A stretch of 32,000 nucleotides of DNA from Methylorubrum extorquens (lineage in GTDB: Bacteria; Pseudomonadota; Alphaproteobacteria; Rhizobiales; Beijerinckiaceae). Both the position numbers and the translations under genes were made by a program. Below, in pieces: positions 8,513-16,475 of this stretch. Position 1 is the stretch's first letter. Each line of letters starts with the position of its first letter. The notes under the pieces are model-generated. The model was given only the letters and a program-made list of their open reading frames with translations. It was not told the DNA's origin and did not search any database. The stretch spans positions 1,470,001 to 1,502,000 of the forward strand of contig LT962688.1 of the NCBI GenBank assembly GCA_900234795.1, in the 5' to 3' direction.

Positions 8513-8712
8513 ACGCGGCCGCGCCGCCCGCCGGCCGTGCCGTCCGTTCCGGAGGTGGCGGGGATGGTGCTCCCGCTGCGCTGCGGCCTGACATTCTCGA
8601 CGGGCGGAAACAGCCGCGCGAGGCCGCGCGCAACACCCGAGAGCACGGGATCCAAGGACGAGCCGAGTCGTGTCCGCTCGGATTCCGGCTGCGAGGTGAT
8701 GAATGGCTTCAT
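8509..8712 (-). CDS. Hypothetical protein, 67 aa, largely low-complexity
   Basis: About 83% of codons end in G/C by hand count. GAGGGGGG lies about 8 nt upstream of the ATG. Translationally coupled to the next ORF. Confidence 0.5.
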   Translation of the reverse strand: MKPFITSQPESERTRLGSSLDPVLSGVARGLARLFPPVENVRPQRSGSTIPATSGTDGTAGGRRGRV

Positions 8713-8848
8713 GGTACGCCCCCCTCGGACGTCAATGATGGTTCTGTCCCGGAGAGCGTGCGGCGAGAGCGCGCAGTTCCCTCAACATAAGTTGGCAATG
8801 CCGGGCGCGTGAATTGGTTTCATTTGAATTTGATCCCGCCACGCTTCG

Positions 8849-9034
8849 AAGTCCGGCTGCTCCCGGACCCTCAGGGCCATCGCTTGAAGGCGTTGACCCT
8901 GGTTTCTTGCAGGCCTCATGCGCTGGCGCCCGGCTCCGCGGGCTGATGCATCCGCTCCGTGCGGCGCTCTTCGCGCCGCGAAGCTGCCCCTACGGCTTGG
9001 AGCAATGGCCCTGCTCGGACCCTCAGCCGCACTT
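8849..9034. ncRNA. Candidate structured RNA, rod-like and ~186 nt; strand and identity unresolved
   Basis: Outer helix 8849-8859 / 9024-9034 (11 bp, 1 mismatch). Internal bubble 8860-8871 / 9014-9023. Inner helix 8872-8889 / 8996-9013 (18 positions, 15 Watson-Crick pairs plus 1 G-U wobble and 2 mismatches), plus cgt/acg. Interior hairpins include gcggcgc-tcttc-gcgccgc (8961-8979). The overlapping + strand ORF has poor GC3. Confidence 0.25.
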
Positions 9035-9124
9035 GACCCCAGGCCGGCCGCACCTCTGTAGGAAGTCGGTCTTCGATCCTCGTTTTGAGGGCCCTTCCGA
9101 GAGCCCTTCAAGGAGTCTCCCGTC

Positions 9125-10361
9125 GTGACGGTCCCGGTGCAGACGTCCCCCGCCCGCCCCTCCGCCGCGCCGCCGCGCTTCACCGTGGCGGTGGTGGGTG
9201 CCGGGGCGGCAGGCCTTGCCGCCGCCCTGGCGCTCGCCCGCGACGGGGTGGAGACCGCGCTCGTCGGGCGTCACGCGCCGGTGGCGGACGGGCGCACCGT
9301 GGCCCTGCTCGACGGCTCGGTGCGGTTCCTGAGGGTGCTCGGCGCATGGGACGAGATCGCCCCGCATGCGAGCCCGCTCGCCGAACTTCAGATCGTCGAC
9401 GACACCGGCAGCCTGTTCCGGCCGCCGCCCGCCCGCTTCTCGGCCGCGGAGATCGGCCTCGACGCCTTCGGCTGGAACGTTGAGAGCGCCCGCCTCGTCG
9501 AGACCCTGCGGCGTCAGGCCCGCACCACGCCGGGCCTGACCCTGTTCGAGGCGGATTCGGCCGGCATGCGTCTTGAGCAAGACGCAGCGGTGCTGGACCT
9601 GGAGGATGGGCGCAGCCTCGCGGCGCAGCTCGTCGTGGGCGCCGATGGGGGGCCGCTCGCCGCTTCGGGCGGCGTCTGCCTTGCGCACCCGCGAATGGTC
9701 CTACCCGCAGGCGGCGCTCACCACCCTGCTCGCCCACGAGCGGCCCCACTGCGACATCTCCACCGAGTTCCACACCCGCAACGGACCCTTCACCCTGGTG
9801 CCGCTCCCCGGCGGCCACCGCTCCAGCCTCGTCTGGGTTACGGCGGAGCCGGCGGCCAAGCGCCTCTCGGGGCTCGACGACCGGGATCTCGCCGCGGCGG
9901 TGGAGCATCAGGCCCGCTCGATGCTCGGCGCCATGCGGATCGACGGCCCGCGCGGCCTCGTGCCGATGCGCGGCCTCTCGGTGGAGCGGCCGGTGGCCGA
10001 CCGCCTCGCCCTGATCGGCGAGGCCGCCCACGTCTTCCCGCCGATCGGGGCGCAGGGGCTCAATCTCGGCCTGCGCGATGCGGCGGCCGTGCGGGATGCG
10101 GTGTTCTCCGCCCGCGAGGCGAACCGCGATCCGGGGGCACCGGCCTCGCTCGCGGGGTTCGGACGCAACCGGGGCGTCGATGCGCGGCTGCGGGGTGCGG
10201 CGGTGGACATGCTCAACCGCTCGCTGCTCACCGATTTCCTGCCCGTCGATGCCCTGCGGGGCCTCGGTCTCGTGGTGCTCGGCGCGATCCCGCCTCTGCG
10301 GCGCATCGTCATGCGCGAGGGCGTGCAGCCGCGGCTCGGCGCGCCGAGCCTGATGCGCTGA
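9125..10361 (+). pseudogene. UbiH/UbiF/COQ6-family FAD-dependent monooxygenase, interrupted by a +1 frameshift in a G6 run (9647-9652)
   Basis: The N-terminal half is in the frame of 9125 (VAVVGAGAAGLAAAL ... LVVGADG). The conserved C-terminal half is in the frame of ORF 9573..10361 (GRSPLRAA..REWSYPQAALT, GEAAHVFPPIGAQGLNLGLRDA). Total length is 3n+1. GTG start with AAGGAG 9 nt upstream. Confidence 0.8.
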
Positions 10362-10377
10362 TTCATTTCGGAGTTTC

Positions 10378-10409
10378 GGGGCGGGCGCGGGACGCGCGCC
10401 CAACGCCCC
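10378..10409. terminator. Strong GC hairpin between convergent genes, followed by an A7 tract
   Basis: 12 bp in total: ggggcg/cgcccc and ggcgcg/cgcgcc, a 5-nt loop and a 3-nt bulge. It lies 17 nt after the monooxygenase stop and 8 nt before the DUF488 stop. Confidence 0.5.
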
Positions 10410-10416
10410 AAAAAAA

Positions 10417-10869
10417 TCACAAAATATCGCCGTAGAGATCGACCGTCTCGAAGCCGCGCGGGGCCAGCCGTTCGGCGAGCACGCGGCGGTGGCAGCGGGC
10501 CGGATCGCGCTCGAAGCAGAGCAGGCAGATCGGTTGCTCCGCGGCGAGGTCGGCCAGGGCATCGAGGGCAAGCCCGCCATCGGCGGTGTCGAGCACTTCC
10601 TCGCAATAGATCCGGCGCATCAGCCCGGCATCGTCGGCGCGGGCCGCCTCGCGGCCGGATTTCGGCGTGCCGAGACCCCGGAAATGCGCGTAGCCGAGTC
10701 CGGCTTCCAGCAAACCCGCCTTCAGCGCGCCTTTCGAGAAACCGCGCTTGCGCGAGTTGGCCACCGCCCGCACGTCGGCGAGCAGAGACACGTCCGCCGC
10801 CTTCAGGGCCGCGTGCAGGCGCTCCGGCGTCAGCCCTTCGTATCCGATGGTGAACAGAGTCTTGCGCAT
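10417..10869 (-). CDS. DUF488 domain protein
   Basis: 150 aa. TIGYEG, DVRxxxxSRKxGFSK, LLCFERDPxxCHR, all characteristic of DUF488. Confidence 0.8.
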   Translation of the reverse strand: MRKTLFTIGYEGLTPERLHAALKAADVSLLADVRAVANSRKRGFSKGALKAGLLEAGLGYAHFRGLGTPKSGREAARADDAGLMRRIYCEEVLDTADGGLALDALADLAAEQPICLLCFERDPARCHRRVLAERLAPRGFETVDLYGDIL

Positions 10870-11066
10870 CGCCGGCTCAGGGAAAATTCAGGATCGACAA
10901 CGTTTTAGATGGAGGCCGCCTGCCCGCTGGACAGCATCGGCAGCGCGTATGTGCCTGCGGCGCAACGCCTTCCGGAAATCCGCCGCAATGCCAGCAAAGT
11001 TCTGTTAACCGGATCAAGGGCATCGAATACCCATTGAAGTCGCACGCAAGAAGTGGCGGGCCGTCG

Positions 11067-11918
11067 ATGTCGCTGGACACCGAAATTTCCTCGAGGCTCG
11101 CACCGGCTCCGCGCGGATGGCTCAAGCGCGGGCTCGCCGCGCTGATGCTCTCCGGGCTCGCGGCCTGCGCCGCGCAGAACGACTTCTACCCCACCAAGGG
11201 TGATGCCAAGCCCCATCCCGGCGTCGCGCGGGCCAAGGGCCACCCGATCCAGGGCATCGACATCTCGAAATGGCAGGGGCCGATCAACTGGGCCTCGGTC
11301 AAGAGCGCGGGCACGCAGTTCGCCTACATCAAGGCGACGGAGGGCGGCGACCACGTCGACGAGCGCTTCCTCGAGAACTGGGACGGCGCGGGCCGCGCCG
11401 GCGTGCCGCGGGGCGCCTACCACTTCGTGTTCTGGTGCCGCTCGGCCGAGGACCAGATGGCGTGGTTCAAGCGCAACGTGCCGAACGACCCGACCGCCCT
11501 GCCCCCGGTGCTCGACGTGGAGTGGAACGGCCACTCGGCCAAGTGCCCGAAAAAGCTGCCCAAGGCCCAGGCGCTGTCGATGATCCGCTACATGCTGGAC
11601 GAGATGGAGGCCTATACCGGCAAGCGGCCGATCATCTACACGGACATCACCTTCCACAAGGACGTGCTGGAAGACGAGCTGCCCGACTATCCCCATTGGG
11701 TCCGTTCCACGGCGGCCGAGCCCGAGCAGCGCTACGCCAACCGCAAGTGGATGCTCTGGCAGTTCACCTCGACCGGGCGCGTGCCCGGCGTGCGCGGCGA
11801 CGTCGATCGCAACGCCTTCTACGGCAGCCCGACCGAGTGGGCCTCGTTCCTCGCCACCGATTGCGACCCGCGGGAGCATCGTCGCCTGTCGAGCCAGGGC
11901 CTCTGCACCGGCAAGTAG
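11067..11918 (+). CDS. GH25 lysozyme (muramidase), probable lipoprotein
   Basis: GIDISKWQG, YIKATEG, GAYHF, LDVEW, WQFT. Signal peptide with lipobox LAAC. The ATG at 11067 is preferred over the TTG at 11034 used by the ORF track. Confidence 0.85.
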   Translation: MSLDTEISSRLAPAPRGWLKRGLAALMLSGLAACAAQNDFYPTKGDAKPHPGVARAKGHPIQGIDISKWQGPINWASVKSAGTQFAYIKATEGGDHVDERFLENWDGAGRAGVPRGAYHFVFWCRSAEDQMAWFKRNVPNDPTALPPVLDVEWNGHSAKCPKKLPKAQALSMIRYMLDEMEAYTGKRPIIYTDITFHKDVLEDELPDYPHWVRSTAAEPEQRYANRKWMLWQFTSTGRVPGVRGDVDRNAFYGSPTEWASFLATDCDPREHRRLSSQGLCTGK

Positions 11919-12092
11919 GCGGGCAAGCAGGCGAGTAAGCGGGGAACGGAGGGAGCCGCCGGTCGCGGCTTCCGTCCGCAGATCAACGCATCCTCTGTGG
12001 TGTGACCGTTCTTCGCGCTTGCTTCCAGGCGCGATACGACTTGGCCGTGATCTTACCCGTGACCTGATTTTTTTTGTGTTCAACGTGCGATA

Positions 12093-12108
12093 TGTCTACT
12101 TGTAGACA
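12093..12108. promoter_or_regulatory. Perfect palindrome TGTCTAC-TT-GTAGACA (TGTCT-N6-AGACA, CRP-box geometry)
   Basis: 16-nt dyad, 63 nt upstream of the ATG of the Crp/Fnr-family gene, in an AT-richer stretch just after a T8 run. Confidence 0.4.
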
Positions 12109-12170
12109 GACTGAGCGGCAACCGTTGCGCTAGGAGCCGGCTCGGCGACCAGACGGACTTCGAGTTGTAC

Positions 12171-12932
12171 ATGCCTTCGGCCACAGAGCGCTGCTTTGAA
12201 GGCAATCTGCTCCTGAACTGTCTGAGCCCTGAGGATCGCGGCCTGCTTCTGCCCGATCTGGAGCGGCTGGAATACCAGCGCGGCGAGACGCTGTTCGCCG
12301 CCGGCCGCGAGGTGGATTTCATCACCTTCCCCCTCGAGCAGACCGTGGTCACCCTGCTGATCTCGATGATCGACGGGCGCAGCGCCGAGACCGCCACGAT
12401 CGGCCGCGAGGGCGCGGTGGGAGGCGTGGTCAGCAATGGCGGCCTGCCCGCCTCGACCCATGCCCTGATCCAGATCGCCGGTCCGGTTCTGCGGATGGAC
12501 TCGGTCCGGCTTCAGGAGGCCAAGCGCCGCTCGGAATCCCTGCGCAACCTGTTCACCCGCTACTCCGACTGCCTGCTCGCGCAGGTGCTGCAATCGGTCG
12601 CCTGCAACGCCCTCCATCCGATCGAGGAGCGCTGCCTGCGCTGGCTCCTGACGCTTCAGGACCGCCTCGACAACAACGTTCTGCCGATCACCCAGGAATC
12701 GCTCGCCGCGATGCTCGGCGTGCAGCGCACCTATCTCACCCGCATCCTGCGGATGCTGCAGCAGCAGGGACTGATCGAGGTCGGGCGCGGGCGCATCACC
12801 GTCGTCAACCGGGCGGCGATCGAGGAGGTCGCCTGCGAGTGCCATGCCTGCGTCAAGCGCCATTACGAGACCGTGCTCGGCGCGGTCTACAGCCCGAGCG
12901 GGCGCCTCATCGCCATCGAGCCGCCCGAATAG
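12171..12932 (+). CDS. Crp/Fnr-family transcriptional regulator
   Basis: 253 aa from the ATG. A cNMP-binding-like beta-roll in the N-terminal half and a C-terminal wHTH (ITQESLAAMLGVQRTYLTRILRMLQQQGLI). Confidence 0.85.
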   Translation: MPSATERCFEGNLLLNCLSPEDRGLLLPDLERLEYQRGETLFAAGREVDFITFPLEQTVVTLLISMIDGRSAETATIGREGAVGGVVSNGGLPASTHALIQIAGPVLRMDSVRLQEAKRRSESLRNLFTRYSDCLLAQVLQSVACNALHPIEERCLRWLLTLQDRLDNNVLPITQESLAAMLGVQRTYLTRILRMLQQQGLIEVGRGRITVVNRAAIEEVACECHACVKRHYETVLGAVYSPSGRLIAIEPPE

Positions 12933-12982
12933 AGCATCGTTCCGCAAGGTGAATTCCGGCTTTCGGACAAAGACGATGCTCT
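12931..12982. other. 10-bp perfect inverted repeat overlapping the stop codon of the Crp/Fnr gene
   Basis: agagcatcgt (12931-12940) and acgatgctct (12973-12982) with a 32-nt loop. Possible terminator-like structure. Confidence 0.3.
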
Positions 12983-13157
12983 CGGTCGCCCCCGAGCCAG
13001 CCGGACACCTCGGATTATCCATCCGGGAGCACGGCGATTCCGGCAGGTGTCTTGTGCCCGACACGTCACCGGGGCACCATCGCGCCTGTCCGGATGGCGG
13101 GCCGCTTCAGGCGGCTCCGGAAGAAGGGCGCCGGGTTCGTCCTTGCCGGGTCCGTCC

Positions 13158-15959
13158 ATGAGCCGACCGCCCGACGATTGTCCAGCATCCGGTGAGGCCG
13201 GCGCAGAGGCCGAGAGGCTGGCCGCGCTGGCCTGCTACGGCATCCTCGACACGCCCGCCGAGGCCGCGTTCGACGATGCCGTGGCCTTGGCCGCCCAGCT
13301 CTGCGCCACGCCGACCGCCCTCGTCAGCCTGGTGACCGGCGACCGGCAATGGTTCAAGGCGCGGCTCGGCTTCGCCCCCAGCGAGACCGGGCTCGACCGC
13401 TCGGTCTGCGTTCACGCCTTGGCCGGGCGGGGCTTGCTGGTCATCCCCGATCTCGCGGCCGACCCGCGCACCCGCACCAACCCGCTGGTCACGGGAGAGC
13501 CCGGCATCCGCTTCTATGCCGGCGCCCCCCTGGTGACGCCTGAGGATCGGGCGATCGGCACCCTGTGCGTGCTCGACACCAAGCCCCGGCCGGAGGGTCT
13601 GAGCGCGGCCCAAGGGGCCGGTCTCGAAGCGCTCGCCCGCACGGTGATGACGCAGCTCGAACTGCGCCGGGGCATCGCGGCCCGGAAGACCGAGGCCGCG
13701 GCCCTGGCCGACAGCGAGTTCCGTCTGCGGCTGGCGATCGAAGCGGCCGGTGCCGGCATCTTCGACTACGACCTCGTGGCGGGCACCCTCGCCTGGGACG
13801 GGCGGACCCGCGCCCTGTTCGGGGTCGGGCCGGACGAGACCGTGAGCTATGCCGGCACGTTCCTCGCCCGCCTCCACCCCGAGGATCGGGCGCGCACCGA
13901 TGCCGCCGTGCAGGCGGCCCTCGACCCGGCCGGGCCCGGCCTGTTCGATGCCACCTACCGCACGGTGACGGCGGACGGCACGGTGATCGCCTGGGTCGCG
14001 GCCCGCGGCACCCTCGTCGTCGAAACGGATGAGGGGATCAAACGGGCGCGGCGCTTCGTCGGCACGGTGCGCGACGTCACCGCCGAGCGCACGGCGCAGG
14101 TCGCCGTCGCCGCCACCGAGGAGCGCTACCGCCTCGTCACCCGCGCCACCAACGACGCGATCTGGGACTGGGACCTCGCCGCCGACCACGTGCTGTGGAA
14201 CGAGGCCCTTCAGGCCGCCTATGGCTGGGCGCCGGAGACGGTCGAGCCGACCGGCCGGTGGTGGCTCGACCACATCCACGCCGAGGATCGCCCCCGCGTC
14301 GAGGCGGGCATCCGCCGCGTCATCGGCGGCGGCGGCCACGATTGGCACCACGAATACCGCTTCTGCCGCGCCGACGGCGCCTATGCCGACGTGCTCGATC
14401 GCGGTTCGATGGTCCGCGGGGCCGACGGCAGGCCGCTGCGCATGATCGGCGCCATGCTGGATCTGACCGAGCGCAACCGCGTCGCCGCCCAGCTCCGGGC
14501 GGTGGTCGAGGGCGCGAATATCGGCATCGTGCAGATCGATCCGCGCACCATGGTCGCGCTGGAGGCCAACCCGAAGCTCTGCGCGATCTGGGGGGCGGAG
14601 GAATCCGACATCGTCGGACATTCCATTGCCAAGTGGACGCCGGAAGCGGATGCGGCGGAGCGCGACCAGCTCCACCGCCGGCTCGCCGCGGGCGAGATCG
14701 TGCGCGAGACTCTGGAGAAGCGCTACCGCCGCAAGGACGGGCGCCTGATCTGGGGCCGGGTCAACCTCGTCTCGCAGGCCCGCGGCGAGGCGCTCCAGGC
14801 CACGGCGATGATCGAGGACATCACCGCGGAGAAGGCGACCGAGGCACGCCAGACGGCGCTGATCGAACTCGGCGACACCTTGCGCGACGCCGCCGGCCCC
14901 GCCGAGATCCGTGGGATCGCGGCCCGGATCCTCAGGCGAAGCCTCGACCTCTCGGAGGCGGGCTACGCGGCCATCGATGCCACCGTCGGCGGCTTCGCGA
15001 TCGGGCGCGCGAGACCGGACGGGACGATGAGCCCCGCGCCGTTTCCGGCCATGCTCGCGCGGCTGCGCCGCGGCGAGATCCTGGCCGTGCCCGATCTGAC
15101 CGCCGAACCGGACCTCGCGCCGGATGCGGGCGGCTACGCGGCGGCCGGCGCCCGTGCACTGATCGGCGTGCCCTTGACCCGGCGGGGCGCCCTCGTCGGT
15201 CTCGTCTATGCCCACGCCGCCGAACCCCGTGCCTGGGACGCGGGCGAGGTCGATTTCGTCCGCGAGGTGGCCGGACGGATCTCCGTGGCGCTCGCCCGCA
15301 TCCAGGCCGAGGAGCAGCAGCGCTTCCTCAACCGCGAACTGAGCCACCGGTTGAAGAACACCCTGACCATGGCCCAGGCCATCGCCTCGCAGACGCTGCG
15401 CAACGCGACCGACATCGCCTCGGTGAAGGAGGCGCTGGTGGCCCGGCTGGTCGCGCTCGGCAAGGCGCACGACATCCTGCTCTCGGGCGAGGGCGAGGGG
15501 GCGGCGCTGGAGGCGGTGATCGCCGGCGCGCTCACCATCCACGACGACGGCGAGCCCGGCCGCATCCACCTGTCCGGCCCGGACCTGGAGGTCGGGCCGA
15601 AAGCCGCCCTGTCGCTGGCGCTGATGATCCACGAACTCGCCACCAATGCCGCCAAGTACGGCGCCTTCTCGGTGCCGGGCGGGCGCGTCGGGGTGAACTG
15701 GCACGTCGCGCGGGCGCGTTGGCCGGAGGATGCGGAGGATGCGGAGGATGCGGGGGAGGCCGAGCCGGTCATCACGATGACCTGGGCCGAGACCGGCGGA
15801 CCGCCGGTCGCCGCGCCCACCCGCAAGGGTTTCGGCTCGCGGCTGATCGAACGCGGGTTCTCCGGGGCGGTCGGCGGCGAGACGCAGATGATCTACGCCC
15901 GAGAAGGGGTGACGTGCCGGATCAGGGCGCCCCTGAAGGGTCTTCTCGAAAAAGAATAG
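13158..15959 (+). CDS. Cytoplasmic multi-sensor HWE-family histidine kinase (GAF, three PAS-like modules, GAF, HWE kinase)
   Basis: N-terminal GAF (LAALACYGILDT ... FYAGAPL). PAS-like repeats (IFDYDL.., ERYRLVTRATNDAIWDWDL.., LRAVVEGANIGIVQID). H-box ELSHRLKNTL, N-box HELATNAAKYGA, W-x-E (TWAETGGP), GFGSRLIE. Start taken at the ATG at 13158; there is no obvious TM segment. Confidence 0.88.
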   Translation: MSRPPDDCPASGEAGAEAERLAALACYGILDTPAEAAFDDAVALAAQLCATPTALVSLVTGDRQWFKARLGFAPSETGLDRSVCVHALAGRGLLVIPDLAADPRTRTNPLVTGEPGIRFYAGAPLVTPEDRAIGTLCVLDTKPRPEGLSAAQGAGLEALARTVMTQLELRRGIAARKTEAAALADSEFRLRLAIEAAGAGIFDYDLVAGTLAWDGRTRALFGVGPDETVSYAGTFLARLHPEDRARTDAAVQAALDPAGPGLFDATYRTVTADGTVIAWVAARGTLVVETDEGIKRARRFVGTVRDVTAERTAQVAVAATEERYRLVTRATNDAIWDWDLAADHVLWNEALQAAYGWAPETVEPTGRWWLDHIHAEDRPRVEAGIRRVIGGGGHDWHHEYRFCRADGAYADVLDRGSMVRGADGRPLRMIGAMLDLTERNRVAAQLRAVVEGANIGIVQIDPRTMVALEANPKLCAIWGAEESDIVGHSIAKWTPEADAAERDQLHRRLAAGEIVRETLEKRYRRKDGRLIWGRVNLVSQARGEALQATAMIEDITAEKATEARQTALIELGDTLRDAAGPAEIRGIAARILRRSLDLSEAGYAAIDATVGGFAIGRARPDGTMSPAPFPAMLARLRRGEILAVPDLTAEPDLAPDAGGYAAAGARALIGVPLTRRGALVGLVYAHAAEPRAWDAGEVDFVREVAGRISVALARIQAEEQQRFLNRELSHRLKNTLTMAQAIASQTLRNATDIASVKEALVARLVALGKAHDILLSGEGEGAALEAVIAGALTIHDDGEPGRIHLSGPDLEVGPKAALSLALMIHELATNAAKYGAFSVPGGRVGVNWHVARARWPEDAEDAEDAGEAEPVITMTWAETGGPPVAAPTRKGFGSRLIERGFSGAVGGETQMIYAREGVTCRIRAPLKGLLEKE
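15725..15751 (+). repeat. Perfect 9-bp x3 tandem repeat (ggaggatgc) inside the kinase ATPase domain
   Basis: Encodes (EDA)x3 within ...RWPEDAEDAEDAGEAEP..., between the N-box and the W-x-E/G-box region. Confidence 0.9.
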
Positions 15960-16063
15960 CGCCAAAAGCGACGTAGGGGGCAACGAACCCGCCCGCTCGC
16001 CGCTTGTCGGCAGGACGCCCAGGCAAGCTCCCAGGCGCGCTCCAACGACATCCGGGACGCCTC

Positions 16064-16465
16064 ATGGATCTGCCCGTTCCCCCTGCCCCGGACGGTGACG
16101 GGCGGCCACTGGCACTCGTCGTCGAAAGCGAAACCGCCGCGCGTATCGAAACGGCGGATCGTCTGGCGGAGGCGGGCTTCGAGGTGCTGGAGGCATGGAG
16201 TGCGCAGAGCGCGCTCCTCCAGATCGAGCGCCATGCGGGGCTGCGCCTCGTGGTCGTCGATGCCGACCTGCCCTTGATCTTGCCCGAGGACCGGTTCGCC
16301 CTGCCCGGCGAGATCGCCCGGCGCCGGCCGGATCTCGCCCTCATCGCCCTCTCGGCCGGTCCCTTCCCCGACGCCGGCACGCTGCCCGCGGGCGTTCGCT
16401 TCGCGGCCAAGCCCCTCACGCCGGCCTTCGCCCGGGAGGCGCTGGCGCAGCTTTTTTGCGCGTGA
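16064..16465 (+). CDS. Single-domain response-regulator receiver protein (atypical acidic pocket)
   Basis: 133 aa from the ATG at 16064. LALVVESE (Ser where the second acidic residue is expected), LVVVDADLP (phospho-acceptor Asp), IALSAG, AAKPL. Lies directly downstream of the HWE kinase. Confidence 0.7.
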   Translation: MDLPVPPAPDGDGRPLALVVESETAARIETADRLAEAGFEVLEAWSAQSALLQIERHAGLRLVVVDADLPLILPEDRFALPGEIARRRPDLALIALSAGPFPDAGTLPAGVRFAAKPLTPAFAREALAQLFCA

Positions 16466-16475
16466 GCGTCGGCCC

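Noticed and set aside
8814-9128. 104-aa plus-strand ORF in the 412-bp spacer
   Set aside because: Many codons end in A/T, unlike real genes here, and I found no motif. The region is treated as non-coding and as a possible RNA.
9653-10435. C-terminal 260 aa of the 436-aa ORF 9125..10435
   Set aside because: Arg/Pro/Ala-rich nonsense. The conserved monooxygenase C-terminal half is in the +1 frame and ends at 10361.
13107-15983. 958-aa minus-strand ORF mirroring the histidine kinase. The same applies to 3210..4451, 5226..6191, 7206..8420, 9180..10580, 10905..12083, 18036..19304, 19816..21039, 21060..22214, 23430..24359, 25952..27919 and 26706..28046
   Set aside because: All are antisense shadows of well-supported genes, with no recognisable motifs and low-complexity composition.
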